Source: the human T2T-CHM13v2.0 reference genome, Homo sapiens. Taken from it: DNA of 64,000 nt. The stretch lies in NCBI RefSeq assembly GCF_009914755.1, contig NC_060929.1; one strand, 5' to 3'. Below, piece after piece: positions 1 to 15,230 of this stretch (positions within the stretch are counted from its first letter, which is position 1; each line of letters begins with the position of its first letter). Under the pieces are notes generated by a model that did not search any database, had not been told where the DNA came from, and was given only the letters and a program-made list of their open reading frames with translations. The translations under genes and the position numbers were made by a program.

Positions 1-271
1 GTTAATAAGCAACACTTTTTTACTGAAGCTGAAACCTTTATGATACTCCCTGGACACATAGTATGCTTAAAGCAGATTGTTTGTTTTCATAAAACACACA
101 TTGATTTTGAACTATATGCTGTTTCTTTATTTTGAAGTTTTTTTTTAATGTGAGGAGATTTGAAAAGTGGACAGAGATGTTCATAAAACAGAAAAAAACT
201 AAGTCGTTGCATTCTGTTTCAGTGGTTATCAAGAGAAATCACTGACTTTATTAGATGAATACAAATTATGA

Positions 272-448
<177 letters not shown>

Positions 449-716
449 TAGGTGTGGAGTAGTATTCTTTGGTATTTTGTACCAGTTGTTTAGATTTCCA
501 TATGTGTTTCTATTTGTTATTTGATATTTTCTTTGTCAAATTATGAGTGGAAATTTTAGTTAACCTAGTACACTTTTATCTCCAGTTATATATTTACCAT
601 TCATATAAAACTCAATTTGTTGTATTTATCTTAGACAATTTAGAGGTTTAGATTCTATCTGGAGACTTGTACAGGACATTAAGAGGCTTAGGCTGGTGAC
701 TATGCATACCTTGTGA

Positions 717-1135
<419 letters not shown>

Positions 1136-3119
1136 CCATTTAAGGTATTTTTAAAGTCCCAATGGTTAATCTTGTTGCTTCTCCTAGAATTAAGGTGACT
1201 AACACTCCCAGGTTGCCTAGAACTCTCCTGGTTTTTAGCAATGCAAGTCCGGTGTGCCAGGAAATCCCTCAGTTCCAGGTAACCAAGACAGTTGATCCCC
1301 TTACCTAGAATTGAAAATACGTTCTCCAGCTGAAGCCAAGAGGCATCTATAAATCAAAATGAGATCTATGTTAATATATTTTAAAAGATTTTACTTTGTT
1401 TTGTAAGGTAGTATAGCACTTGTAAACTTCAAAACAGAATTTTGTTAGGAAGAAGAATTATTGGGACGCTAGATTTCTATAGTGTCAAGCATGCTAAAAG
1501 TCTAACTGAATGCAGAAAGGGTTATTTTCAGTAGAGCTTCATGTCCAATTTTATAATATAAACCAATTGGAAAGTAAAATTCATTCTGAATTCCATTTTG
1601 CACCTAACTTTCTGGCAACATTCCTGTTTTCCAAAAAAGCAGCTATCATAAATCACAACACAATTTTCTATTGTTTCAGGAAAATAAATAAATATATTTT
1701 TAGAATTTTAATTTGTGTATTTAAGTAATGCCAACAACAAAAAAGCCAAATTATTCTGTTGATTAATTTCAGTTTATTAATCTATATATTTGGTGGGAAA
1801 ATTTATACATAACTTCAGTAGATAAACTCACGAGGTATGTAAAGTAATTAGCTCTTAGTATTAGCTGTGAATTTCTAGCCATTGTGAAGGCCAAGTCAAT
1901 TTGTTATGTTGTTTAGTTATATTAGTTAACAATATTAGGAAGAAAAAATTATCCTCTCAAAAAGTAGGATTTCCAAGAAAACATATTACTTCTAATACAG
2001 TGCTTTTTATAAATAATGAAATGCTTAACTATAATGTTTAGTCAAAATCACCAAATTCTACAATTGATTTGAAATCTTTATTGTTCTCCCAAATTTCCTG
2101 CACTAAATTGAATTTTCTGTAGGAAAGAATTAACTTTATTTTTTATTTGCCCATTAAAAACGCTTATCATTGTCTAAATTTGCATGTTCTACTGAAAGTG
2201 GGAAATAGTAGCAAATATTTGTCAGCAAGTATGGACAGAACATGTAGTTCCAACAATTAAATTGATACTGCAAAGAACGAGATTTTTCCTAGAACTGTAG
2301 GGCTGTAAAGTGGCGTCAGGTCCTACATGCCTTTGAAATTTTCTGAGTCCACAATTCATTATCCAACCCACTTCACCCTGCTTTAATCCAGTTAATTGAG
2401 TCAACTCTAGCAAAATTTATAATTTTATTTGTATCTGATACAAAACCACAAACATAGTTTCAAGTCAGGCTATTATTATACTGGTTCCTACCACACAACC
2501 CTCCCAGCCTTTGAGCTGTTACCAATTGAGGAAAGAAATAACTGAATCAGCCTAAAATAGAATTTCCAAACCAGTAGCGAAATTCAGCCTACAGATTCAT
2601 ATTTTGTTATTTTATTTTAATTAGTTTTGATTTCAGAGTGAAGATTTTCCTACAAAGTGTTTGTAAAATAGAGAATTTTCACACAAAAATCCAGATTTGG
2701 GGATTATCTTTTAAAAAATGAAAGATGTAGTGAAACTAAACAAGGCAGCATATGCTGCAGCAGACAACCAGCTATCCTATTTGGGATTGGCTCACATTCT
2801 TTAATTTGCCACCATCCTCATTCCTCCTAATGACTTTGCAACTGGCTTGCTTTATTCCTCTGCATGACCTGCTTGGGCCTCTTAGATTTATGCTCTGCCA
2901 CTGTGGCATAAGGTCACTACAACCACTAGAAAACCACTAGCGCATGCCTGAATGCATCATCCTATTTAAAAAGGAAAAGCACACGTCACAAAGTCAAACA
3001 TCAGCCATTTGGAAACCTTTGCTTCCTGTAATTAGAATTATGTTCCATCTTTTTATGTTTTTGGGAATTTGAAATACCAATTTCGAGATGCAGAATCAAA
3101 AAAAAAAAAACAAAACAGC

Positions 3120-3590
3120 GAAACAGCAGCATGACACAAAGAACCTGGGTTTTGATTTGGAGTCAGGTTCTCTGGGTTTGAGCCCCAACTGTGCCAACTA
3201 TGAATGCATGATTTGAACATGTTGCTTAATTTTCCAAGTTTTTGCACAGATATATCATCTGCCTCCCTGGGAGTCATAAGGATTAAGTGAAATGTTTAGT
3301 GCAGGGGTCACAAACTTATTTCATAGAGTTAGAGTACATTTTTAGGCTTTTCAAGCCATACAGTCTCTATCACAGCTACTCAACTCTGCCACTGTAGCAC
3401 GAAAGTGGCCATAAACAAAATGGAAATGAATGAAGATGCTTGTGTTCTCATAAAATTTTATCTACACAAACATGTGACAGGCCAGATTTGGCCCACAGAC
3501 CTTAATTTAGTGACCCATAGTTTAGTGCAAAGTATATCCCACAGTGTCTGATTTATCAGAAGCACTAAAAAATGATAGTAGTTATTATTA
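3120..3590 (+). mobile_element. MIR SINE split by MER58
   Basis: MIR core-like text (ctgggtttgagccccaactgtgccaact...aaggattaagtgaaatg) resumes after the MER58 insertion. Confidence 0.55.
3302..3519 (+). mobile_element. MER58A-type hAT-Charlie MITE
   Basis: Starts CAGGGGTC, ends ...gacccata; exact 8-bp target-site duplication GTTTAGTG at 3294-3301 and 3520-3527. Confidence 0.8.
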
Positions 3591-3951
3591 ATAATTTGTA
3601 TTACTTATTTCTATATCTGTAATTCATCAGTAACAATATGCTTTAACATTTGCCCCACTGAGTAGTAGAGGCTACTTAATGCAATTTATAAAATGGATTT
3701 TTGCTTATTACTTGGATTAGGTAAAATAGCAAGTGGAAATACTGAGAAAATGTACTCCTTATGGAATGGACTGGACTGACCATTCACACTGAGTGGAATA
3801 GTAACTGATATCCAAAAATCTGGTTACCACCTCTTCATGACAGTGTCATCTCTGAATAGTCAGGAGTTTTTTAAAAAATTAAATGAATTGTTTGGAATAA
3901 TCTCTGAGCCTTTTTCCAGTGCTATAATTTGATTTTAAAAAATAAACTCCA

Positions 3952-4245
3952 GGCCAGATACAATGGCTTATAGCATATAAATCCAGCACTTTGGGAGGAT
4001 GGGGCGGGAGTATTGCCCTGAGGCCAGGAGTTCCAGACAGCTCGGGCAATGACTAGAGCAAGACTCCATTACAAAAAATGAAACAACAAAAATTAGCACA
4101 CCCTGTAGTCCTAGCTACTTAGGAGGCTGAGGCAAGAATATCGCTTGGCCCAGGAGTTTGAGGCTGCAGTGAATTATGATTGCACCACTGGACTCCAGTG
4201 TGGGCAATGAAGTAAGACCCTGTCTCAAAAAGTTTTAAAAAAAAT
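3952..4245 (+). mobile_element. Old Alu (AluJ-type)
   Basis: ggccagatacaatggct...ccagcactttgggagg...ctgcagtgaattatgattgcaccactg...ctgtctcaaaa; strongly diverged. Confidence 0.9.
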
Positions 4246-4979
4246 TAAAAACACCATAAATTCCAATTACACTATTAATTGTACAAAATAGATACATGAT
4301 TTATTCATTTTTATGACCAAAAAATAATTTAAAGATTTGGAACAAAAAATGTAAGTGCATCCTAGAATTGTATATATAAACCCATACTGATTAGTTAGAG
4401 ATAGTTAAAATTTAATCTGTCCCATCTGAAATGAACCCTGTAGTAAAACCCTGGTTAATAAGATCATCTTAGATAATTTCATAATTAATATGAACTATAT
4501 GGCTAACCTACCCAAGTCTACCCTTTTTCAAGGGTGTAAGTAATCTTGGCTCCATGTGGATTGACTCTTTTTTCTTTCTTTCCTGTACAAATTACTGATG
4601 AGATGTACACTAGAATTGCCTTATAGCTGAAATGGAAATCAGCTTTAGATGAAATTAAATTTCTTTCTTTCAAATACTAAATCTGGCTGAAAATAAAAAG
4701 CATTAAGAAAAAAACAATTGTGGGAAAACCACATTTTCTTTTAATAGACTTCAGATGAGGCTTTTTGGGTTTTTTAGTTGTTCTTTTTTTTCCTTCTACA
4801 GTTTTTCTTTCTCATTTACTGTCTAATATTTTCTTCTGTTTCTCACACTCCAATTATATAAAGTACCAGAATATTTGGAAAAAGTAATAGTATTGCCAAT
4901 ATTTTATTTCTATCTTTTGCTATAATTGAGAATATGTAGCTTTTAAGATGTCAAAACCAAAATTTTATATGTTTTCAAG

Positions 4980-5049
4980 GATTAAAATGCTGATTCTGCC
5001 CCCAGTTCCAGTTCCAAAGATTAAAGGAATCGATCCAGATCTCCTCAAG
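4980..5049 (+). CDS. GHR: GHR exon 9 (Box1, JAK2-binding), 70 bp
   Basis: AG acceptor 4978-4979, GTaact donor 5050. Translates (R)[23 protein letters not shown], which contains Box1 ILPPVPVP. Confidence 0.98.
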
Positions 5050-5380
5050 GTAACTAATAATTTTATCTAAATTGTAGCTAGTACTAATTAACACCTGAAG
5101 ACTCCTGTCATATGTTGAAGGTTTTCTGTAAGCTATATATATCACATTCAATTTTCTTGTGTCTCTTCTCCTGGAGAAAATTTTTTTAAATATTCTATTT
5201 CTTAAAAATAAGAAAACGTCATATGTATTTAAAAAGTTACACACTAATTTATGTTTTTTTATATGTTTTGTTACTGTTGTTCTTATTGTAACCATAATTA
5301 ATCTCTGAACATTATTTGCTAATTCATTTAATTATTATGAGTTTCTTTTCATAGATCTTCATTTTCTTTCTATTTTCTAG

Positions 5381-6352
<972 letters not shown>

Positions 6353-6934
6353 CCTTTCTTTGGTTTCCCAAGAGCTACGTATTTAATAGCAAAGAATTGA
6401 CTGGGGCAATAACGTTTAAGCCAAAACAATGTTTAAACCTTTTTTGGGGGAGTGACAGGATGGGGTATGGATTCTAAAATGCCTTTTCCCAAAATGTTGA
6501 AATATGATGTTAAAAAAATAAGAAGAATGCTTAATCAGATAGATATTCCTATTGTGCAATGTAAATATTTTAAAGAATTGTGTCAGACTGTTTAGTAGCA
6601 GTGATTGTCTTAATATTGTGGGTGTTAATTTTTGATACTAAGCATTGAATGGCTATGTTTTTAATGTATAGTAAATCACGCTTTTTGAAAAAGCGAAAAA
6701 ATCAGGTGGCTTTTGCGGTTCAGGAAAATTGAATGCAAACCATAGCACAGGCTAATTTTTTGTTGTTTCTTAAATAAGAAACTTTTTTATTTAAAAAACT
6801 AAAAACTAGAGGTGAGAAATTTAAACTATAAGCAAGAAGGCAAAAATAGTTTGGATATGTAAAACATTTATTTTGACATAAAGTTGATAAAGATTTTTTA
6901 ATAATTTAGACTTCAAGCATGGCTATTTTATATT

Positions 6935-8604
6935 ACACTACACACTGTGTACTGCAGTTGGTATGACCCCTCTAAGGAGTGTAGCAACTACAGTCTAAAG
7001 CTGGTTTAATGTTTTGGCCAATGCACCTAAAGAAAAACAAACTCGTTTTTTACAAAGCCCTTTTATACCTCCCCAGACTCCTTCAACAATTCTAAAATGA
7101 TTGTAGTAATCTGCATTATTGGAATATAATTGTTTTATCTGAATTTTTAAACAAGTATTTGTTAATTTAGAAAACTTTAAAGCGTTTGCACAGATCAACT
7201 TACCAGGCACCAAAAGAAGTAAAAGCAAAAAAGAAAACCTTTCTTCACCAAATCTTGGTTGATGCCAAAAAAAAATACATGCTAAGAGAAGTAGAAATCA
7301 TAGCTGGTTCACACTGACCAAGATACTTAAGTGCTGCAATTGCACGCGGAGTGAGTTTTTTAGTGCGTGCAGATGGTGAGAGATAAGATCTATAGCCTCT
7401 GCAGCGGAATCTGTTCACACCCAACTTGGTTTTGCTACATAATTATCCAGGAAGGGAATAAGGTACAAGAAGCATTTTGTAAGTTGAAGCAAATCGAATG
7501 AAATTAACTGGGTAATGAAACAAAGAGTTCAAGAAATAAGTTTTTGTTTCACAGCCTATAACCAGACACATACTCATTTTTCATGATAATGAACAGAACA
7601 TAGACAGAAGAAACAAGGTTTTCAGTCCCCACAGATAACTGAAAATTATTTAAACCGCTAAAAGAAACTTTCTTTCTCACTAAATCTTTTATAGGATTTA
7701 TTTAAAATAGCAAAAGAAGAAGTTTCATCATTTTTTACTTCCTCTCTGAGTGGACTGGCCTCAAAGCAAGCATTCAGAAGAAAAAGAAGCAACCTCAGTA
7801 ATTTAGAAATCATTTTGCAATCCCTTAATATCCTAAACATCATTCATTTTTGTTGTTGTTGTTGTTGTTGAGACAGAGTCTCGCTCTGTCGCCAGGCTAG
7901 AGTGCGGTGGCGCGATCTTGACTCACTGCAATCTCCACCTCCCACAGGTTCAGGCGATTCCCGTGCCTCAGCCTCCTGAGTAGCTGGGACTACAGGCACG
8001 CACCACCATGCCAGGCTAATTTTTTTGTATTTTAGCAGAGACGGGGTTTCACCATGTTGGCCAGGATGGTCTCGATCTCCTGACCTCGTGATCCACCCGA
8101 CTCGGCCTCCCAAAGTGCTGGGATTACAGGTGTAAGCCACCGTGCCCAGCCCTAAACATCATTCTTGAGAGCATTGGGATATCTCCTGAAAAGGTTTATG
8201 AAAAAGAAGAATCTCATCTCAGTGAAGAATACTTCTCATTTTTTAAAAAAGCTTAAAACTTTGAAGTTAGCTTTAACTTAAATAGTATTTCCCATTTATC
8301 GCAGACCTTTTTTAGGAAGCAAGCTTAATGGCTGATAATTTTAAATTCTCTCTCTTGCAGGAAGGACTATGAAAAGCTAGAATTGAGTGTTTAAAGTTCA
8401 ACATGTTATTTGTAATAGATGTTTGATAGATTTTCTGCTACTTTGCTGCTATGGTTTTCTCCAAGAGCTACATAATTTAGTTTCATATAAAGTATCATCA
8501 GTGTAGAACCTAATTCAATTCAAAGCTGTGTGTTTGGAAGACTATCTTACTATTTCACAACAGCCTGACAACATTTCTATAGCCAAAAATAGCTAAATAC
8601 CTCA
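6935..8604 (+). promoter_or_regulatory. miRNA seed matches in GHR 3'UTR
   Basis: ACACTACA 6935-6942 (miR-142-3p 8mer); ATACCTC 7065-7071 and ATACCTCA 8597-8604 (miR-202-3p, overlapping let-7 seed); TGCTGCTA 8444-8451 (miR-15/16 8mer). Seed identities recalled from memory. Confidence 0.55.
7846..8151 (-). mobile_element. Antisense Alu (AluSc-like) inside GHR 3'UTR
   Basis: Full Alu with a (TTG)n-converted tail; TSD CCTAAACATCATTC at 7832-7845 and 8151-8164. Confidence 0.95.
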
Positions 8605-8732
8605 ATCAGTCTCAGAATGTCATTTTGGTACTTTGGTGGCCACATAAGCCATTATTCACTAGTATGACTAGTTGTGTCTGGCAGTTTATATTTAACTCTC
8701 TTTATGTCTGTGGATTTTTTCCTTCAAAGTTT

Positions 8733-8738
8733 AATAAA
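8733..8738 (+). terminator. Polyadenylation signal of GHR
   Basis: AATAAA followed ~25 nt later by a TG/T-rich element (agtgtgcttctgtt). Confidence 0.75.
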
Positions 8739-11700
8739 TTTATTTTCTTGGATTCCTGATAGTGTGCTTCTGTTATCAAACACCAACATAAAAATGATCT
8801 AAACCACTCTGTATACTGTGAATTATCATTGTAAGGAGAGCTTAGCACCACTGGATCAAATACATCAGCATTGGGTATGGAGATTTTTATGTGCTGAGAT
8901 ATAGAGAGGGAAACATATCCCCCTTCCCTTATTTTTTGAGAAGACAAAAGCCCAACTCAGAAATATCCCACTGGCTTGGCCCTCCCCTTAGGCTGTGACT
9001 CCCCATAGGCAAAGGTTCATAGAGCTGTGTATTTGATGCATCATGGAAAATAAATGACATGGGTGTTGGATGAGGGAGAGTGATATGTGAGCATTATCTT
9101 TACATTTCCAGCTTGAGCATGTTGTCTGGAAGGAAGGAAAGCAGCTCTTCCTCTGCCATTCACCCATTGGCCTAAGTCAGTTTATTGGACTAGCTGCTTG
9201 TTATCATGGGAATCAGCTAATAAGTCAGGCTTGGGAGGAAGGCTGATTAGGTAAGTTGTGTAGGAGCCTGAGAGAGCCATGAAGTTTAGATTCCTACAGC
9301 AGGAGGCAGGATGCAGGTGAGGTAGCTGCTGAACCCTAGGCTCCTGAGCAGGCACTGGATTCTGAGATGTAGGAATCTGGTGAGGACATTGATAAACCTA
9401 CTAAACAATGACGTATTGCTTCAGCAAGTCAAATGCAAAGTGCCACAACTTTTTATAATACTCAAGTGTTATGTTAAAAAAAAAAAATGTCTTCACCTGC
9501 TGCCCTCTGCCCTGTGAGCAGCCATTACCTGAAAGAACCATGGAGTGAAGCCTCAGGGCTTCTTCATATAGATGCTTTAAGATATGAGGAGTACAGGGAA
9601 AAGAAAGCCTGCCTACTTCCATGGATTGAAATAACACAATTCTATTTCAGAAGATTAATGGTGTGTTGAAAATGGCTACACACATCTTTCAGCATTTCAA
9701 TTTCTCAAAGTTTCTACTAACACTTTATTCAAGTGCTATAATATTTACATATTTACATATTTGTATACCAAAATATGTCTTGTTATGTGCTTGTTTTAGG
9801 GTAAGAAATAGTGACCAGAAAAACCAGAAGTTACTTAAATCTAAACTTTTTAGTTTGGAATCCAAGATCCCACATAATTTGCCCCAGTCTCCTTTGAGAG
9901 TTTAAAATTTAAGACCTAGATGTAAAGGGCACAGCTTCTGAATAAGAATTTGATGTTTGGTTAACATTCAAACTCTATTGCTGTGGAAATCTAATGAGCA
10001 TATGATGTCAGCTATGTTACACGGGAAACATTGCTCATAGTTTAAATGATCTCTGACTGATAAATGACATCTGGATAGGGAGAAACTATAACCACCTGGA
10101 GATAAGTTATACTTTGGACTTGAGTGTAGTGACTTGTAATTAAGCATTTCCCCTATAGAAACTCTGGAAGCTATGTTTCTGGAGATGTAACAAGAGTAAC
10201 TGGCTCCAGTGAGGCATAGAGCTTCTAAGCCTGGGAGACTCCTTTACCTGCCCAATACCTTCTCTGAATCTGAGCTGCCAGTTGTAGGAGGAGAGGAAGG
10301 AAAAGACCTTCTGGATAGCTATATAAACAGCTGTTTAGATTGCTTCATGCACTGTTATCATTACTGTGACTCTAAAGCAGAAAGCCTGATGCTGTATCCC
10401 TTCTGTCCTACATCCCTCTGAGTAGACTGGAACCAAGTATGGTGAATCTGGGGAATGTGTGGTTGAGCCTAAGAAGATCCCCTTGCATATGTAGCAAAAG
10501 ACACTTGCCATTTCTTGAACAAAGTTTGTGCTTTCCCATCTCTATGTTCTTGGTCATGCCTCCTCCTTCAACTAAAAAGCTCCCACTTACCAACCCTGCC
10601 TGTCAAGATTCCCTTCATCCTTCATGGCCCAGCTCTAATGCCTCCTTCATGAACTCTCCTCTGATTCCCACCATCCAATCAGTGATTTTTTCTTCTGAAC
10701 CATGTTTAATGGTGTTTATCACATTACTTTGGTAGCTCACCTGACAAACGGCTAGTATAGATTTACCAGTATGTACGCTGGTGAATATCTATCTCCAAAA
10801 TGCCCTTGAATGGATAATTTTGTGGTCAAATAAATTTGGAAAACATCTCATACTACACTCCCATCTGGGAGAGTCATAGTGCATCTTGACATTTTAAAGC
10901 TTCTACAGTTTAAAGAAATCCATTTAAATTTAACACATTATTTCCTAATTAATAATGAGAAATAGTTAAAGAATACCCAGTATTATATTATTAACACTTA
11001 GGAAAAACCGTATAAGCAGAGTAACACACCTGGCACAAAATAAAGTTATATTAAATTTCAGATGAATGTGAATTTGAACAAAACCTTTTATATGATGTCA
11101 TTAAATTTTTACTCTCAATAAAACTTCCTAAAAATTGAATGCGAAGGAGCTGCATGATTAAAATAAACACAGATTCTTCTCAACTCAACTCAGATATGAC
11201 ATTTTTCTGAAAGTCTGGATGTCTTAGAGCATTCATTATCTTCTCTATGACAGTGACTTTTTATATGCTTGCTGAAACAGATTTTAACTTTTTCCCTTTT
11301 TCAGTCCAAAGAATGATTGACATATGGAATGTACCAATATTAAAAAATTCTGATTCTTATTTAGGACACCCATTTTTCTATGAAATCTGAGCTTATAACA
11401 CCAAGAAATGCTTATATCACTTCTCATAAGAAGGAGCATATGTTGCTGTGAAACTGCAGAATAATATTTATCTGTTATTATCTGAACAAAAATAACTCAC
11501 TCCTAATGCTGCCTGCTAAGTTAAAAAAAAAAACTTCGAATATAATAGATTTTTTCACAGTAGTCCCAGGAAGCAGTCTTTGTAGGAATACATAGAAATC
11601 AATTTTGTTGATCTCTTGTTAGAAAAGAATCCTTACACAATTGTTCTGTGGGCATTAAGAGATGTTACCAGCTTTTTCTATAAGGATAAAATAATTTGTG

Positions 11701-12234
11701 AAGAAATTATACTCACTTTGGCTTTGACAATGGTACTGTAGTCAAAAATTCAAAGTCGAAAGATTTTTATTGTTACCTTTCCTTTTATGGTACCATATGA
11801 TAAAAAAAAACTTGCATATAAGGACTTTATAAAGTACTTTCAAAGGTATTATTTCATTTAAACTTAAGAAATCTGTGTTGTAGGCTTGTCAGATATTATT
11901 CTTAATATTTTATTGGGAAAAAAGGCTCGTAAAAACTAAGAGATTTTCCCAAAGTTAATAAACTAGTGAGTGATGAAGTCAGGATGAAAACCCATGTTGA
12001 CTAGTCCAGAGTTCCCAAAACAATGCAACCTATAACATTACTGGATGGGGGAAAAGCTTTGGATCCTATTCACAGTCTGAAGAAAATGGAAAGTTAATTG
12101 TTTTGTAATAATTATTATTCAAAGATAATAACTAATCTTTGAATAATCTTTGGTAATAATAATTCTTTGAATCCTTTGGTAGAACTCAAAGAATCACCTG
12201 CCAAAGACAAAAGATTCTTCTCTGATAAACATAA

Positions 12235-12425
12235 CCAGCTAATAAATGTCTAACAACCAGTTCTGGAGTCGGGGGGATCTAGATTTGTAACATTTGCCAA
12301 TTTCAATGGTGTGAATACACAAATATGGTGATTTTAAGCTATTATCTTATCACTCCGCATGAAGTTGGGAAAAGATGGCACAGTCAGCTCTCATAACTGT
12401 ACAGAGCAGCTCCAGGAAACCACTG
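12235..12425 (-). mobile_element. MER63-type hAT element
   Basis: Reverse strand reads cagtggtttcctggagctg...gagagctgactgtg...cccaacttc...caccattgaaattggcaaatgttacaaatc, matching my recollection of MER63. Confidence 0.6.
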
Positions 12426-12489
12426 AGTCTACACAACCTTACAATTTCATCTAATGCTGACATTTTTTATAATGGCTAGGTGGCATTTT

Positions 12490-12722
12490 TAGCTAACATT
12501 TATCAAGCACTTACCATATGCCAGACACTCTTCTAAGCACTTTACATTGATGAACTTATTTATCCTCACAACAATCTCATGAGGTAAATCCTATTTCCCC
12601 AGTTTACTGATGTGGAAACTGAGTTATAGATCATTTAATTAACTTGACCAAAGTCACAAAATTAATCAATATTAGAGCCAGAATGCAAACACAAGCACTC
12701 TGGCTTTAGAGCTTGTGCTCTA
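12490..12722 (-). mobile_element. MIR SINE
   Basis: acatttatcaagcacttaccatatgccagacac...cctcacaacaatctcatgaggta...gaaactgag, the typical MIR core. Confidence 0.8.
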
Positions 12723-15172
12723 CATTTAGTGCTATCCTACCTTTGAATAATAATTGTGTCCAGATTGGATGAACATAATGACAACAAAAGGCAGCTGATT
12801 GCTGAGCACTCCAGGCAGGCAGTTCATATTCAGTATTGCTAATTTTTATATAACACAAGCATTATCTTTCCATGCCTTCAAGACAACTATCTAGATTCGT
12901 ATGTGGGATAAACAGAGATTACCAAATGTCTGCTTCTGAGTCTTCCACAATGCCATGGAGACTTCATTGCATGCTTTCCCCTTGGCTCCAAGTGTGCTGC
13001 TGGCCACTGAGCAGAACCGGACCACAGATTTCTCTAAACCAGTGATACAGTGCATCCAGGTCAGCCAAACTCCTCGATACTCCTTGTTCTCTTTATTCAC
13101 CCAGACACCCCCAAACAAGGCTGTGCAGACGGGCTGTGAATAACTAGAGAGAATTAAAATATGACTGGGGAAATATCATTTTTACCCACAGGACCATGTA
13201 AACAACCATGAAAAAGTCAACCCTTAATAGGGATTCCTCTCACAGACACACCCCAAATCTCTGCCTTCCCCACTTCCCATCCCCAGGCTCACCTTTCTCT
13301 CTGAGAACCCCTCCTTCTCCAAACCATCAAAATGTGATCATTTCACTTCCTTAGAAAAACCTTATCCCACTTCCACAAAGGTGGGTTTGTCTCATCCCTC
13401 AAATCTAATCCCAGATAACTGGTGATACAGTACAAGATAAGTGTTATCCTCCTTCATCATTGAAAAATAGACATTGAGTTGAATTTCAGAAGGTTTCTTG
13501 ATGTATAAAGCGTTCTGGTAAGAGGCAGAAGCACGATTTTCCCTCTGTCTCCAAAACCAGCCTTGTTACTAAACCATAATTCCTCCTGTCATGCCTCCCT
13601 GATCCCAATGACAAGCATATTCACACATATTCATCTAGGAGCTAATACCATAAAGAGGTTTGAAGAATAGTTACCAAGCACCTACTGTGCACCAAGGATC
13701 TTCTAGATGAAGAGAATGTGGGTACAACATAGGCTCTGCCTTCAAGATTACACCTAAGGCAAGGTCAAATCCTTGTGATATAGTGACAAGTCAGTATTAA
13801 CACTATATGCTGTGTACAAAGTGGGAAATAATCTGTCTGGGGCACTCGAGAAGAGTGGTAGGAAGTGAAAAAAAGGGGGCAACCAAATGTACTACTCACC
13901 TTACTGCCCATTGGAAGGATTTTTCTTCATCTTCGTCTTTCTGGGATGCCCCTGATTTGATTATAAATGTAGCTGGTGCCAGCATGTTAGGCAAAACCAT
14001 TTGTACCAGACTGCATTTTTCCCTTCTAAGTCAGTTGATTGTGAGAAAATGCCCATGAGGCCATGAATGCAGACTCAGGAACAGGAAGCAATGTAGAAAG
14101 AGAAGCTATTGTAGGAGTCAGCACTATCTGTTCATGCAGATTCCTTTTGTATTCCATATTTCTTAGAACCTAATCTCTTTCCATGTGTTGATGGATTGTT
14201 GCTGCATACTCCCACCCTTATAAAATGATGAGCTAATTAACATATAGATCATGACTGGCAACTTAATTGTATGGTCACTTGCTGTCCCATGGTTAGGCAT
14301 TCAGATTCTGCCAGTGTCCAATATCAAACCAGAACTATTTCTAAAAGACTAGTTATCTGCTGAAGAGAACATGGTTTGCTCCAAAACTCTAGGGGTCTAC
14401 AGTGTGATTCCCTTATTGGGGCTATCCAGCAACTTCTTACAGAAGCACTAATTACCACAGAAATGTCGAGTGTTGAATTTGCTGGGTCATACTCCCAATG
14501 GACATAGTGTGTCTGTGCTCCCAATGGACGGAGCAGCTTGTATTGTATCCTAGACTTGCTAGAGTATATTTTCTTACTCTAGGCTCACTTAAATCCAGCA
14601 GTCTTATGGGTTACTAATAAATATTTTAGAGCAGCATATTCAAATGTAATGTATATTGTCTCCAAAATCCAAATACCATCAAGTATTTTAGTGCTCACAG
14701 TTTAATGTGCAAGTATTACACTTTGGAAGGGATAGTTTGACATATTCCAGATATATGGACCTCCAAAATCTGCATCTCTTATGTTCTCATTCAGCCCATC
14801 CAGGCTAAAGAATAATGCAAAGTGACATAAAACATGGAGATGTGACTCTTAACACACATTTGTCCTGGGACTGTTTTTTTGGACTCTTGGCTACATGAAT
14901 TATTATTTGATCTCTCTATATGTGTTTTACTTCCTTCTCTCTTAGTTAACCTCATTGGTCCTTTGTCGTAGATAAAACTCTTGGTTTAAAGTAACAGAAA
15001 CCAAAAATTGGCTTAAGAAAAAAGGAGAATGTATCTATAAAGTTATGGTAGTGTCTCACAAAAATGCAAAAAGAGGAATCGGGAACCTCGTGATGAATTG
15101 AAATGAGAGATTAGAAAGTAGCCAAAATGCTGGAAGAAATTTCACTCTATTGTTTGGCTTTATTGGCTTTAG

Positions 15173-15228
<56 letters not shown>
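15173..15228. repeat. (CT)n microsatellite
   Basis: About 25 consecutive CT units. Confidence 0.97.

Positions 15229-15230
<2 letters not shown>

Larger units (their letters stand above)
6353..8760 (+). other. GHR: GHR 3'UTR (end approximate)
   Basis: AT-rich sequence after the stop codon, ending near AATAAA at 8733-8738 with a GT-rich stretch after it. Length fits the known large terminal exon. Confidence 0.8.

Noticed and set aside
7341-7371. TGCACGC...GCGTGCA hairpin in the GHR 3'UTR
   Set aside because: Only a 7-bp stem with a 17-nt loop; expected by chance and lacks SECIS or IRE hallmarks.
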